Assembly: GCF_023055435.1 (NCBI RefSeq)
Contig: NW_025963802.1
Coordinates: 28,334,001 to 28,398,000, forward strand
Direction: 5' to 3'
Source: Haliotis rufescens
Taxonomy: Eukaryota
Length of the DNA stretch: 64,000 bases
Under the pieces are notes generated by a model that ran no database searches, was not told the DNA's origin, and saw only the letters and a program-made list of their open reading frames with translations. The translations under genes and the position numbers were made by a program. Of the stretch, positions 12,195-26,050 are shown one piece after another (position 1 is the first letter of the stretch; every line of letters begins with the position of its first letter).

Positions 12195-12798
12195 TTAGTC
12201 AAATTACACTTACACAATCAGGAGAATGTTGGAATCTAAGGACTAAGTTATAGGTTAGATAGGGCCATCCACTCCTCTCTTACCTTTTTTTATGAAGTAT
12301 GATTTCATCGTTTCTTATGTTGTTGTTTTTATAACTAAACTTATACAGTTTCTATATGGATATTTGTGTTGGAATAGTTTGGTTTCTCATGAAGAAAACA
12401 CCACGAAAATATATTGTCCTTACCCACAGCTAATTCACACCAGGTGACCTGAGTTACAATAAACTAGTGCTAAGCATAGCCGAGTTATGCCCCCTTTTCT
12501 TTGTACGTGTGTAACCTCTCTGTCGCCTTTTGATGTCATAGAGAAAAATCAGTTTTTGTCATTTACGGCATGCTATTATTGGCATTGAATGTATGTCGTT
12601 ATACATACGCATATACCTCCATTTGATATGTAGTTATGTCGTTAAGATATGAGGCAGTATTTTGTTTGCTCACAGTTTCCGTAAAGCATCTAAATAAAAA
12701 AATAGTCGCGCAGTACTTTTATTGGTGTACGATAAAAAGCGGAGAAATTTACTGTTTTTCAACGCAAAATATATTCTCGGACAACACTTAGAAGTGTC

Positions 12799-13778
12799 TT
12801 TTTATCCCCCGCCGCGCGAAAGCGCGAAGCGGGGGATATAGTATTCACGACCGTCCGTACGTCCGTCCGTCCGTACGTCCCACCTGTTTGTTGCCACGAT
12901 ATCTCAAGAACTAAACACTGGATTGTCTTCATATTTGGAACTATGGTGCATATACAGACTCCGCAGACACCAGTCGGTTTTGGTGACCTTGACCCCATTT
13001 TCAAGGTCACAGCAGGCATATCTGCTTTTGGAGTTGGAAAACGGTGTTGCCGCGATATCTAAAGAACTAATCTCTGGATTGTCTTCCTATTTGGTACTAG
13101 GGTGTATATACGGACTCCGCAGACACCAGTCGGTTTTGGTGACCTTGAGCTCATTTTCAAGGTCACAGCAGGTAAATCTGCTTTTGGAGTTGGAAAACGG
13201 TGTTGCCGCGATATCTCAAGAACTAATCGCAGGATTGTCTTCATGTTTGGAACTATGGTGTATATACAGACACTGCAGACACCAGTCGGTTTTGGTGACC
13301 TTGACACCATTTTCAAGGTCACAGCAGGCAAATCTGCTTTTGGAGTTGGAAAACGGTGTTGCCGCGATATCTCAAGAACTAATCACTGGATTGTTTTCAT
13401 ATTTGGAACTATGGTGTATATACAGACTCCGCAGACACCAGTCGGTTTTGGTGACCTTGACCCCATTTTCAAGGTCACAGCAGGTAAATCTGCTTTTGGA
13501 GTTGGAAAACGGTGTTGCCGCGATATCTCAAGAACTAATCGCAGGATTGTCTTAATATTTGGAACTATGGTGTATATACAGACACCGCAGACACCAGTCG
13601 GTTTTGGTGACCTTGACCCTATTTTCAAGGTCACAGCAGGCAAATCTGCTTTTGGAGTTGGAAAACGGTGTTGCCGCGATATCTCAAGAACTAATCGCTG
13701 GATTGTCTTCATATTTGGTATTTTGGTGTATATACAGGCGGGGGACATTTCGTCACTTCTGTGACAAATACTTGTTTT
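12799..13778 (+). mobile_element. Helentron-associated element (pearl/CvA/DINE-1-like) with ~5.5 tandem copies of a 156-bp core repeat
   Basis: Subterminal inverted repeat CCCCCGCC/GGCGGGGG, 5' hairpin, (GTCC)n microsatellite at 12851-12880, repeat starts at 12897/13053/13209/13365/13521/13677, 3' palindrome gtcac-ttct-gtgac, T-rich flanks. Confidence 0.85.
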
Positions 13779-15721
13779 AAATCTGGTTTAATATTTGCAG
13801 TTACGTTTACACCATCAAATAGGAAATTTAATATTCTCCACCTCTGCGTAATTTTATAGCCAGAGGTAGATCCAGTGCCGCATGAGTGCAATTCTCGCAC
13901 AACCTTCACTTTTCCAATCTTCGGAAAAGGTGCGTCAGAAAAAAAACTCGGCATCCAGAGGGTGAACAGATGATTAGAAAATGACAGGCGAAATGGTCCC
14001 CCTAAAAGGAATTCACTACGGGTGTTTGACAGGCTGCACAGTTTAAACAAACAGGCCAGCCAGTCCCCAGTCTTCCTGCTTCCACCTCAGATTTTCAAAG
14101 CACATTACTGGGCTTTTTTCTGTCTGCTCATGCAACTGGTTATTGTGTCCATTACTTATGCCAAGAACTAGTAACAACATAAAAGATGCCTTCAGTTGTC
14201 TCCTCACGGGATTAATCCCACACAGGCTTTTATTGTGAGGAGTAGGACCAAGGGCAGCAGTTGGTTTATTGTACCAAAACAGAATGTCGGTCATAAAAAT
14301 CCTGGTTACAAACATTAATTATTCACAATGTCAATATCAAAGGTCATTTCAAACACTCAGTGTATGCAATTTCATTTTTGTAGGATTAACAGAAATCATG
14401 GAGATAGCAACAGTTTTAGACTTCAACAAGGGGAACCATTGAAAGATTACTTGTGTTTTCTTTTCTTAAAATTTCGAATTGAGTTGGTAAAGAAATGAAT
14501 CTGAATGAATTAGAAATGAATTAAAAAGCTGAATAGCTGGTAGACAGAATCCTTAGATTGGCAGGGTTTTACCTTGAACTAAAAGACTAGAGGTCCAGAG
14601 GACCCCCAAGACAAATTTCAAGGGTCCTGTAAAGTAATGAAATGATGTAGTGTACTGTACTGTAAAATTTAATAATTACTTTGATTACCATAATTTCAGG
14701 AACTTTATATTTCTTGTCAAAAGTTATGTACAATGAATATTATTGTGCATCCCTCAGGACGAAATATAAATTTGTCCGCGTCTATTCTATACATTTGTTT
14801 GTACAGGACACACTTTTCTGCATCACCATTGATCACTTAAAACCCTGGATTGGTCAGTCAAAGTTAGCTCAGGGTCAACCTGACATGAACATTACAGAGG
14901 GGTTGTCAGATCTCCAAGCAGAGGGATATCGTAGCAGAGTCACACTAACATATCTGATTTTAATGAGACTGCTTAGTACCAATCCATTTATTCAATGTTA
15001 AAACTCAAAACCATGGCAACTTCAACCTTCTCAACTATTGTTTACAAACACTTGAGAATAACCATGACAACAAATTGACTAACTATAAAACACAAAAAGT
15101 AGACTTTAGCTGCTACAGTACATGCAAGCGTGATACTAGATATGTTCATGGCATCCATAGTTAAATTCCAAGACCAAATTAATCTCTAGTAGTACATCAT
15201 GCTTGGCATAATATCGAACTAAGACATGACAGATGATGGTTAGGACGTGTGTCTGACTGTGTGACAACATACCTTGATGGTGTGCAATGTTGTTTTTGCC
15301 ATCAACAATTCAGGGTCTAAGCATTGGTTCATTTTCCTGGCCATGGACTAATTTTCATCCAAAATGTCCTGAACATTTTTCTCAAATTTTGTTATTAAAT
15401 ATAGAAGAATGTCCAATCAAGAGTTGTTGAAATCATGAAAATATCTTAATGACGCTTGTCTATTGCAAAATCACTGCATGTAATTATAACTATAAGCAAT
15501 AGACTTTGCCCCTTACTTGAAAGACTATATCCTTGTCAGGGTTTCAGATCATATTGCTTTCTAGGATATTGATTGATTGTTATCCAAAAAATATTGAAGA
15601 TATTTTTCAAATTTGGTAAAGATATAGAAGAAAGTCCAACGAGATGTAGATGACATCATACAAATGCCATTTGTCATGACTAGATGCAAGGCTTTATTGA
15701 TGTTTATTCCTCTTTCTAAAG

Positions 15722-17601
15722 GTTTCTTCTCTTCATGCCTGATGTTCTGCCTGGACTTGAAGCAGCTGCTGGAGGTGTACAGCTACCTCATCTCCTTCGG
15801 GGCACTCCTCCTGTCCCACTGGCTTAACATGGCATATGTCCTGGACGTCTACACTACTGAGATAGAGAAGTACGCTTACACCGGCCCTCGCAGTATGATC
15901 CATCTCCTGACTGACGACCCCTACAGCTTGATCGCCAACTTCATGTTTCAGATCAGCTTGTCACATCTCTTCATTGTGTTACGAACAAGCCGCTACTCTT
16001 ACAGGCAGATCGAAAATAACAACAGTATGCAGTTTCTGTTACGGCTGAGTATATACCTATCACTCGTTGCTCCACTGTGTCTAAGAGCCTTCTATTGTGA
16101 TTCCCATCTATTTTTATGGACACCATTCCTTGCGCTCTCCATACCAGTATTGCAGCTGGTGTCCGATCTTTATAACTCACTGTATTTTATAGTTGTCACA
16201 TTGAAACGTGCATACTATATAGCAACAGTGGCAGTTCAGGCTGCAGGTATTCAGGCATTTTTAGAACATCATTGGCAAAGGATTCATGTTCCTGATGTGC
16301 TTCGAGTGTTTTTCATTGTCAGACTTGTTCATCAAATAATGATTCATGTAGTCAGTAGTATCTATGACAGTTACATAGAAACTGGGGTACTGTCATATTT
16401 CCAATGGGATCTCTCATCAAGTCTGTGGCAGCAATTGCTTGTGCGGAGTTGTGAGACAAGCGTAGCGCTTCTGGGACTGACTAGTGTTGTGTCTCTGATG
16501 ACTCATTACATAGGGATGATTATGGCTGCATGTGTAGGATCGGAAACTGAAGAGGATCGCAACATGGGCACAGTGGCAGCCATTTTGTTTTTTATATTAG
16601 CCCTTCAGACAGGACTGACGAGTTTAGATCCTGAGAAAAGATTACTCCGACTGTATAGAAATTTCTGCCTTTTATCAACAGCAATTTTACATTTTGTTCA
16701 CAATATGGTGAATCCTTTACTAATGTCTCTGAGTGCATCCCGGAGTACAAATGTGGCACGTCATCTACGTGCATTAGGAATGTGTGTGTTTCTTATAGTA
16801 TTTCCTGTGTGGCTGTTGACATTCCTGTGGACCCATCATAATGCAAGCACATGGCTACTAGCTGTTACTGCATTTAGTATAGAAGTGATAATCAAAGTTT
16901 TTATATCATTGCTTGTTTATTTATTATTTATGATTGATGCATATCGTGATTCCTTCTGGGAGAAGTTGGACGACTATGTGTATTATGTTCAGTCGACAGG
17001 AAATACGATAGAGTTCCTGTTTGGAATTTTCTTATTTTGCAATGGTGCATGGATTATGGTGTTTGAATCCGGTGGTGCAATAAGAGCCGTGATGATGTGT
17101 ATCCATGCTTACTTCAACATCTGGGTGCAGGCAAAGGAGGGATGGAAGGTGTTTATAAAGAGGAGGACTGCTGTAAATAAAATCAACTCTTTGCCGGTGG
17201 CGACACAGGAACAGTTAGAAAGTGTCAATGATGTGTGCGCTATATGTTATCAAGATTTGACCAGCGCTCGTGTTACGCGCTGTCAACATTTTTTCCATGG
17301 TGTGTGTTTAAGAAAATGGCTTTATGTGCAAGATAACTGCCCTCTCTGTCATGAGTTAATATACAAGCCAGAAGGGGAGACAACAACTTCTCCAAATGTG
17401 CCAGAGGTTTGGGAGAACCATGTGAACAGGGCACGTGCACAGGTGGTACATCGCTTCCAGCCACACCCTAACCAAGTCCGCCTTGCGGTGCCCCAACAGC
17501 CACAAATTCAGCCCTTCCCCCTTCAGAACCATGTTGTTCCACCTCAACAGGCACAAGTACAAGCCCCCGCTCAAAGAGTGATGCACCCTCACCAGGAGTA
17601 G
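15722..17601 (+). CDS. RNF139: RNF139/TRC8 coding exon 2 (TRC8_N membrane domain + RING-H2); spliced protein 682 aa
   Basis: Motifs FFILALQTGL, RLxRNFCLL, WEKLDDYVYYV, HAYFNIW, RRTAVNKINSLP and RING-H2 CAICYQD...CQHFFHGVCLRKWLYVQDNCPLC. Acceptor ttctaaag at 15721. Two-exon structure as in vertebrate RNF139. Confidence 0.95.
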
Positions 17602-19276
17602 AAGTGACTGGTGGGTGTGGTACTTCTTGGTATCGTCTCATACATTTTCCATTATCAGCAACTATGTATCATGAAGTTACATATGGATCCAGACTGAAAT
17701 ATCAAATATCAATGCAACTTATCCCTCAAATATTTTAACTATTACCGACTATCGGTCATGTAGGATTTGGTTAGGTAGTAGTTTACCTTATACCATGGAA
17801 TAGTTGCCTGATGAAATGGCTGTAATCATCTGAGAATTACAAACCGACAAGGACATATGTAAGTGTTGAGTTCTTGTAATGGCGAGAACAAACATGACCA
17901 TGATTACCATGGTGATTGTGTTTACAGTGGAACCACACAATCCTCGATTTGTGCAGGATTAGAAAATAATAGTTAAGAGGTTTATTGGAATGTAGAAAGA
18001 ACAAGCCCTGTTACTAGTTTAATCTTTGAGAAAAAAAATGTTTCATCCCAGTAAAGGAGTTTGTGGCTGGTTCTATGCAGTTACATTGTATTTGTGACAC
18101 TGTCACAAGCAAAATCTGAAACAAATTCCCACCAGCTCCCACTTACATGTGATGTAAAACAATGAAGTAAGGGATAAGTCATGTTCAGTGGGGATAATGA
18201 ACTTGGGTTGTTTTCGGGGGCATTTTAAGAATCAGCATCTCAACATGTTTTCATGTGTATTTTATTCTAATCAAATGTCTGTTTTTCAAAATGAAAGTAT
18301 CCCAATAAAGAGTAGTGTTTGTATATATCATACATGTCCGAAGACTGTGAGTTGAGTTAACGCTGGTTATATCTAGCATGAATATATATTTTTTGGCTAC
18401 CATACATTTATGAATATGATATTTAGGCATAGTCGGTGAATAGCTTTCCAAATTGTGTAAGGCCCTGTGTTTGTTGCTGACACATATTATGTACAGGATT
18501 CTGCAAACATAATACACAAAGGTTTGCATCAAAATCATATGGTTTAACATGCTGATAGACTTGTTGCACATGGACTATACATGTGTACAGAAACACTATG
18601 GACAAACAGTCTTTTTTTATTTTTAACTACAAATTGTTAACAGGGGCTAAAGCTTAAATATTTTATTAATGACTTCTACGTAGTTGGAAGATATAAAGAG
18701 AAGCTGGGAAAGTGCAATTTTAGAGTTTATCCGTGTAGACAATGTAATGGTATCTTCTCAGCTATGAGTGTCCCACATTCAGGGTCCTGCAGCCATTAGG
18801 TTCCCCTGTATTATGTTGCAGTGTTTATCATGCAAGTTACCATAGTTACAGGAATTGAACCGACTAATATACCTGCACAACCTGCAGGTTGACTTGGGAG
18901 GGACCTCTGTTCAGTGTCGAGTGCATGTTGGTAGCTTGAAGGCTTGTTCTTTCACCACTGAAGGCCACAGGCCATCATCCCTGCATACATTTGTCCGTGG
19001 GCAAAAGAACCAGTAGTTTGTTTCCCATTCCTGCTTCTTGTATCCCAAGCCCTCTGTCACACGGATACCTCAGTGCTATGACTGTCATCACCACCATACT
19101 TTAGTATAGACCATGACAGAGTCGTTCGATTGCATGATAAAACAGGACCCTGTTGTTTGTAGATGACACTCCTCCATGTATCATAGCTTGATGTATTCCT
19201 ATGAAATGTGAGCCATATTCTGCACAATCTATATATTCTATAAGACTAAGAATAACAAAGGGTAATTATGTTACCA

Positions 19277-19440
19277 GGTGGTCAGGCTCGCTGACTTGGT
19301 TGATGCATGTCATTGTATCCCAATGGCATGGATCAATGCTCATGATGTCAGTCACTGGATTGTGTGGTCCAGACTCGATTTTATACAGGCCGCCGTCATA
19401 TAGCTGGAATATTGCTGAGTTAAACAACAAACAAAACAAA
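19277..19440 (+). mobile_element. SINE 3' part with (AAAC)n tail (family also at 23953-24215 minus, 28115-28341 plus, 41395-41560 plus)
   Basis: Shared ggtcaggctcgctgacttggttga...cactggattgtctggtccagactcgatt...tagctggaatattgctgag body. Confidence 0.75.
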
Positions 19441-22400
19441 TCTTAAACCCCAGTAGAGCAACATTACACCTTGTCTTCATGGTTTGACCTAAATCCCTGT
19501 CACGTGAGGAAATGCAGTCCTCTTTGGATGTAAGTAAATCACAGATTTCAGATAAAAGGCACTGTGTGTTGTTTCCAGACATTGCTAGAGTTGACTAGGA
19601 GTCATGAAAATATGAAGATAGGTAGTTTGAAGAACGACTTGAGTAAATGAAAATTGATTACAAGGATAGAAATTACAGAATAAACTTGATTATGATTGTT
19701 TTAAGATTATAACTGAAAATAAATGAATTTATTGTGTTACTTCCAAATGTATCATCATCAAATATACAACATCATTTGCAAATGAACAGAATAGTTAACA
19801 AAATGAATTCAATATTCAAGCCAGCCTGTCAAAATACCACCTTTGTGATTGTGAAAAAGAGTTGGCATTTAGTAAAAACATATGCCATGGTTAGCCATTG
19901 CATTTTCCAGGTTTTAAATCTCATCAACATTTTTAACCAAACCTGTTGTGGCACCCATACACATTTATTTTATGACATTACAAGATATGTAAAGGGGGAT
20001 GGTGGAAAACATTGTGTATCAGGGACTTCTACATTCCTCACCTGACGACAGGAACCTCTATCTCTATTTGTGTGTGTTCCCTATGTACTACAACTGCCGA
20101 CAACATCCAGTTAAAGGGAGACTACTCCATGGTCTCTGTCGTTTCCTGTCATGTTCATTGTGATTAGTGCCTTGTGTGGTTGCTTTTTATTTCTGGTAAC
20201 CATGGTAGCAAGATATGGCTATATTGAATTAGATCATAAAAATGGTAAGTCATGTCAGATGTTTTGCAGGAGGCAAGACTAAAGTTGGAAAGCACAGCAT
20301 GTCATGATACTTATGCATATGCATGTTTCAAGTTGAACAAAAATATTTCCTGGATCACAAATAATGTTCTAGGTCTAACAGGCATGATAAGAATAATGTT
20401 GTGGTATTGTTTACGCTTAACTTCAAAATATGGTTTGGGTAGGTAGGCATTTTGTCCACTCACATGCATGTTGGGAACTACTGTTAGCCAGCAGTGTTTG
20501 GTATATACTTTCATGTGTGCTCTTTGTTTTGTCATGAAGAGAGACAGCACCTTAAGAAAGGGTAGGTGAGGTAACCATATCAAACTACACTGGGGGACTT
20601 GGAGCCATACCTGTGCTCATTGGTGTCACAAAAATGGTAGATGATTGCCACATGCATCACTTCAGGCTTCCTCCCACATTAGGTTTGATCATCTGATCAA
20701 CTGATTAGTTGAATATTGTTGTAAGTGATGTTAATCGATACTAACAAACATTCATTCTTATCACATGATGAACATGCTTATAAACACGATAAAGTGAAAA
20801 TACATGTGTGGCAACTTAACAATTTCAGATAACACCCATTAAGGTGTATTTATTTTCATTTACCTATTTCATGAACAAAAGGATAGGGTTGTATTGGCAG
20901 ACATCTCACCACTGGTATATGCATAATTATTAAATCATCAGGTCAAGGGCATGTAAATATTTTGATGATTAATTTCATAACTTTTGGATAAAATCAGTTT
21001 AACAATATCAATGTAACCAACTTGGCAAATAATGCATATTGAAAATATGTAATGAATTGGTCTTTTTAGGTGCATTATTTTGATATTCCACATAGCAACA
21101 TGACAGTGTATGAAGGTTTTGGTATTAAAATCCTTGATAGTTGATACTTGAAGGAGATGGATCATCATGAAAAACATATGCATGTGTCAGGGACACAAAT
21201 AAATTCATTGTGGCCAATTACTGTCAGAATGGCGTCTTGGTAGTGTGTGCTTGTTGAAACAAAGTGACTCAAATGATGGCTGTAGTGTATTAGAGAAACA
21301 GTAGACAGTTAGGAAGTGTAAAAAACTTTCTGCAACTAAGCATTTTTCTGTTGATCTGAAATGTTCTAGGAGCCCTTGAAACCGAGCCCTGTCTTGCATG
21401 TGTGTTCTGATGTGTTTATTGAATAATTTAGGCCCAGGAAGTAGTTCACATATAAATGACAGCTGTCCTTATTCAGCAAGTAATGTTTTGAAAATGCCAA
21501 AGATTATCACTTGAGACATAACATTCCTTGCTCCATGTATCATACCAATGTCTCAGTGTCATTGTGATGTCTCCCTCTGCTGTCCTACCAAGTACATAGT
21601 TGAAATAATTTGCTACAGAATGCAATTGTATGTGTAATATAAAATCTGAGTTTCTACACTCAGTAGAGGCTATACCTAAAATTTTTCAGAAGAAAGTTGA
21701 ATAGAAATAATGTAAAGTTATCTTTGCTTGCCAGCTGCTCTATTTGTGATCGATTTGAAAACTAGACAGATGCTGTTAATACTGGTACACAGCATAGTAT
21801 ATGTCCTCTGAAGACAACAGAAGTGAACTTATGTACGAGATAATGTTTCTGTTCAAATAGTTATAAAACATGCTGCACATTTATTGTTTCACCACTAAAC
21901 TGCCTGACTAATCAACTTAATGCCAAGTAAACTAAACAATATTGAGCAGTACAAACTTATTGTTCAATCTACGCAAGGTGATTTGTAGATTAAAAAACAA
22001 AATAAAAATATTGTCATATAGGACAGTGTGTAGCTACTGATGATGGGAAAATGACCCACAGGTCGGATGGGGCTGTTATCAGTCGGACTGTGGATGATTA
22101 TATCAGAAAACACAGTTAAATACCATTTGGGGGAGAAGTTTATAGATCCAGGTTCATGCATCAGCTATCCAGTTTGTATTCTGGGAATGGAACAATTACA
22201 TAGGCTTCATTGGAGGGTTTTATGCAATGTGGCGAGTGTGGTTCAGAGAGGTGTTGATGTGCATATGACCTTCCATTCAGATATACATGTAATGCTGGAT
22301 TTCTGCACCGGTTTGTTATTGCATGTTTCCCTGTGACTGAAAATGTTGTTGATGAATGGTAAATGAGACTGAACAATAACTAAGCCACTTCTCTGACTCA

Positions 22401-22739
22401 TCTGTGATACATGTAAATCTAGAGTGTTGTTAATATAACATTTTTGTTACAAGTTAAACATTTCAATTTGATAATATGTACACAGGATTGTATATGTCAT
22501 CGCTTTGATTTATCCAGTGATAAAATAATTTATCAAGAAAATATTTGTAATAAATAATACTTCTTTAGAAAAAGAGTTTGTTATGAAGTCTTTCAGTGTT
22601 GTATCAAACCCAAGGCTACAAAAGTAAATGTCACAGGGAGAAAAGAATGCCTTCCAAAGACCCCACATGCTCAGCGTTTCAGTCAATTGGGAGATCAACA
22701 TAATGTGTTTCTGCTGATGTTATACAGTATTTGATATAT

Positions 22740-22905
22740 GTGATATGCAGGTCTCCGACAATTACCACTTTGGGGAAACCATGAGCACAAACCTAGAAAC
22801 ATAATTGGGATGAACCAGGATTCGAACCCACAATCATAGGTTTTGGCATGCCCAAGGGACACAACTCTGTGCAGTGCCTGAGACGACTGTGACACCGGTG
22901 CCCCT
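22740..22905 (-). mobile_element. tRNA-derived SINE fragment (same family as 60350-60600 plus)
   Basis: Shared aaacctatg.ttgtgggttcgaatcctggttc...attatgtttctaggtttgt with a B-box GGTTCGAATCC. Confidence 0.6.
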
Positions 22906-23654
22906 TCTATTTTGAGCATATATACATGTATTATTATCATAGCAAGCAAATCTGAATACACGTAAAAATACTGAAGGTAACTTTGAACATACATCTCAAC
23001 CAATCAGATTGCAGAACACAAATCAGCAGTATTTCACCCATATCACAGCTGCCTGCAACTATGCTTGGAAGGCACACCAGTAGTTGACAGCAGAAGTAAC
23101 AGTCCTTATCATCAGGCTGCCACAGAATCAAGCAGGCCACACATTGCAACCACATCGGAAGCATCAGGTGTTTTGGTCCTAGTCTGCACTGAAAATCCCC
23201 ACCGAGGAAACAAGATAACGTCACAAGCTTCACAAAACATCAGACCCAATAGGGTGATGCAGATGTGCGTTGGGATAGAGCATGCTTATAACTTGCAGTA
23301 GACTCACTGCTAAAAATATCTGATTTCATATATATTTGAACCCATACAACTAAATGAAACCAGTAGGTGCTATCAAAAACATATAAAGCCATGTGGAATA
23401 AACACAACCAGTAATAGCCCAGAACTCGGAATGTGCGTTTATTGTCAAAGGAGTTTTGCCTTGCATCAAACCATTGCTGATCCCTTTCAATAGGATTTTG
23501 CCTTCTGTGCTATTTATCAATGATTATTCTGAATGATCTACATAACAAGTATGTTTAAAAAGGACTTTTCCTTGAAGAGGTGAGGTGAAATTGGGTTTAA
23601 CTTTGCGTCCAAGATTATTGCACTTTTATAGCGACATGCATGCACGTGTGTGTT

Positions 23655-23918
23655 TGTGGCTGCTTGTACTAGTCCGGACTGATGCCGATTTTTAATGCTA
23701 GCTGAGCCTAGCTCACCGAGATACCATGCCCCAGTGTAACATTGATACCCCACTCAGACACATTAGACTGACTCCGAGCCGACCAGTCCATGTTTTAGCC
23801 CCTTAATACCGAGTGCCAGACAGCGTAATAAGTACCATCTTTTAACATCTTTTCGTATGACGCGACCGGGGATTGAACCCCGGACCTTCCGCTCTCCGGG
23901 CGGACGCTCTACCTCTAG
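23655..23918 (-). mobile_element. tRNA-headed SINE (MetaSINE-like body); related fragment at 2188-2245
   Basis: Minus strand gaggtagagcgtccgcccggagagcggaaggtccggggttcaatccc tRNA-like head followed by an aaagatgttaaaagatggtac body. Confidence 0.6.
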
Positions 23919-23952
23919 TCTTTGAAGAAAGCTTCAGTCAGCAGTATGATTT

Positions 23953-24215
23953 TGGTTTGCTTTGTTGTTTAACGCCGCACTCAGCAATATTCCAGCTATA
24001 TGACGGCGGTCTGTAAATAATCGAGTCTGGACCAGACAATCCAGTGATTAATATCATGAGCATCGATCCAAGCAATTTGGATCGATGACATGCATCAACC
24101 AAGTCAGCGAGCCTGACCACTCGATCCCATTTGTCGCCTTTTACGACAAGCATAGTCACCTTTCACAGGGAAGCATGGGTTGCTGAAGACCTATTCTACC
24201 CCGGATTTTTTTCAG
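23953..24215 (-). mobile_element. SINE with (AAAC)n tail
   Basis: Reverse complement of the 19277/28115 family. Confidence 0.75.
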
Positions 24216-24439
24216 GGGTCAGTCAGCAGTATGAAAGTACACCAGTGAATACAAAACAAACAATTTATTTTGTGTTTATGTTATCTACAATTCTGAAATA
24301 AATATCAGTTTCAAGTTGATACAAATAAATAGCCAGTTCTGTAGGGACAACTAACCATTCCAACCAAGTATTTCATCTGGTGTACACTGAGCCGGAAGAG
24401 ATGGCAAAATCAAGGATCTTTGAAGGATTATGGCAGTAC

Positions 24440-25506
24440 CTAACATGAGTCAATATTTTCCATCACATAGGCAAGGTGATTAGAAATGATATTATTTAAG
24501 TCTTTAGAAATACTCATTAAAACTCTAAAATTTTCTTTATCATTGAGAACACCTGATGGCATTGCCATGAAATCTGTTATTGATTTATGCACCTGACTGA
24601 TCTTCTGAAACAGAACTTGACTTAGTGGAATCTTGAGCACTTTACACAGCTCGGTGAAGTTAGACAACCAGTTGAAGTATTCCTGGCTGGCAAAGTCAGG
24701 GTCTTTCACATAATCCACACCATCGGTGGTGGCAGCTGAGAGAGTGGCAGCAGCCATGTCTTGCTCACTCATCGCAACCGTGGCAACATTTGACGGTCTG
24801 TTATCTAACTGAACAATACTAGTCTCCAGTTGATTGTCTGCTGTCTGATACTGAATCTCATATATCTGTTGCTCATCATTACCCTCGGCCAACTCCTGTA
24901 TAATCTGGTATGCAGTCTCCACAGGGAGTGCTCCATTGTCTCCCTTCCCATCTTCCTGTACCTCTGCAATGGCAATAACAGTCTTTTCAACATTCCCATT
25001 CTCAGATTGAATCAATGGCAAATCACTGAGAGGGATCTCTATTTGATTCTGTTCATTCTGTGGGCCAATCTCTGTTTCAGTTTCTGATTGGTCCTTGTCT
25101 CCTCCGCCCTGATTGGATGGAGAAGCAATTTCAACTTCCTGCACAACAAATCCAGTGTTCAGATTCTGAATGAGACTGACAATCTTCCTCTGATTGGCCA
25201 GAGCTTCCACATCAATCTGTCCTGCAGATTTCTTTTGAGTCCCTGGCATCATGATGTTGACAACGGTGGTGTCAGACGGGTCAACCAAGTGATGACCACC
25301 AGCCATGGTCACCTGCTCACCCTGTTTGACCTGGCCACCATGCCACCGAGACATGTGCACTCGGATCTGATTCTGTCTCTTGAATTTCTCTCCACATAGA
25401 GCACACTCAAAGGGCTTTGTGCTCATGTGTTCACGGAAATGTCTACGTCTACTTGATGGATCACTGAATTTGGCAGAACACACTTCACATTCATAGGGCT
25501 TCACAC
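24440..25506 (-). CDS. AT-hook/C2H2 zinc-finger protein, last exon (ZF7, ZF8 and acidic C-terminal region)
   Basis: GVKPYECEVCSAKFSDPSSRRRHFREH and KPFECALCGEKFKRQNQIRVHMSRWH; acceptor tttcag, phase 1; stop TAG at 24440; AATAAA at ~24264-24269 (minus). Confidence 0.92.
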
Positions 25507-25693
25507 CTGAAACACACAGCAGCATCTAACTAACCATGCAAACTGACCAATTTTCCTTAAATGTAAAATGACAAGATAACTTAGCTTGACAATTAGCATG
25601 AAACTAACAAAGAAGCTTGAACAATTTAAATATGTAAACATTTCTTCTGATTTTAATTGTGACACTAAACACATTTTACCAAACAATACTGAC

Positions 25694-25777
25694 CTGTATG
25701 TATGATCTTATGTCTGGCCAAGTCTGATTGATGAGCGAAAGCTTTGGAACACTTGTCACATTGGAAAGGGCGTTCAC
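25694..25777 (-). CDS. Zinc-finger gene exon 9 (ZF6)
   Basis: [28 protein letters not shown]; 84 nt, AG/GT bounded, phase 1/1. Confidence 0.9.
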
Positions 25778-26050
25778 CTAAGAAAACATAACACCCAAAT
25801 GTAATTGTAAAACACCCCAAAACAAGAAGCACAAAGCCTCTGAAAGTGTCAAAAGACAAGTTCTTCGACACTACCAGCTGACAATACAACACTGGTGGTT
25901 GTCAGATCCAAGCCAAACAAACCACACAATCTGTTACTACAGACATCCATTTATTCAACCATCCAATCCTCAGTTGGGCGACCTACACCCTCTTAAGATA
26001 AGCATGACAACTTAGAACCATCAATCCTGGTTAGAACCAGAAAAAAAGAT

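Noticed and set aside
12759-13780. Long ORFs (210 aa, 220 aa and others) on both strands
   Set aside because: Artefacts of the 156-bp (52-codon) tandem repeat inside a Helentron-associated element.
15664-15721. ORF-track start MPFVMTRCK for RNF139
   Set aside because: Intronic read-in; the true N-terminus with the LRVP motif is the exon at 9319-9487.
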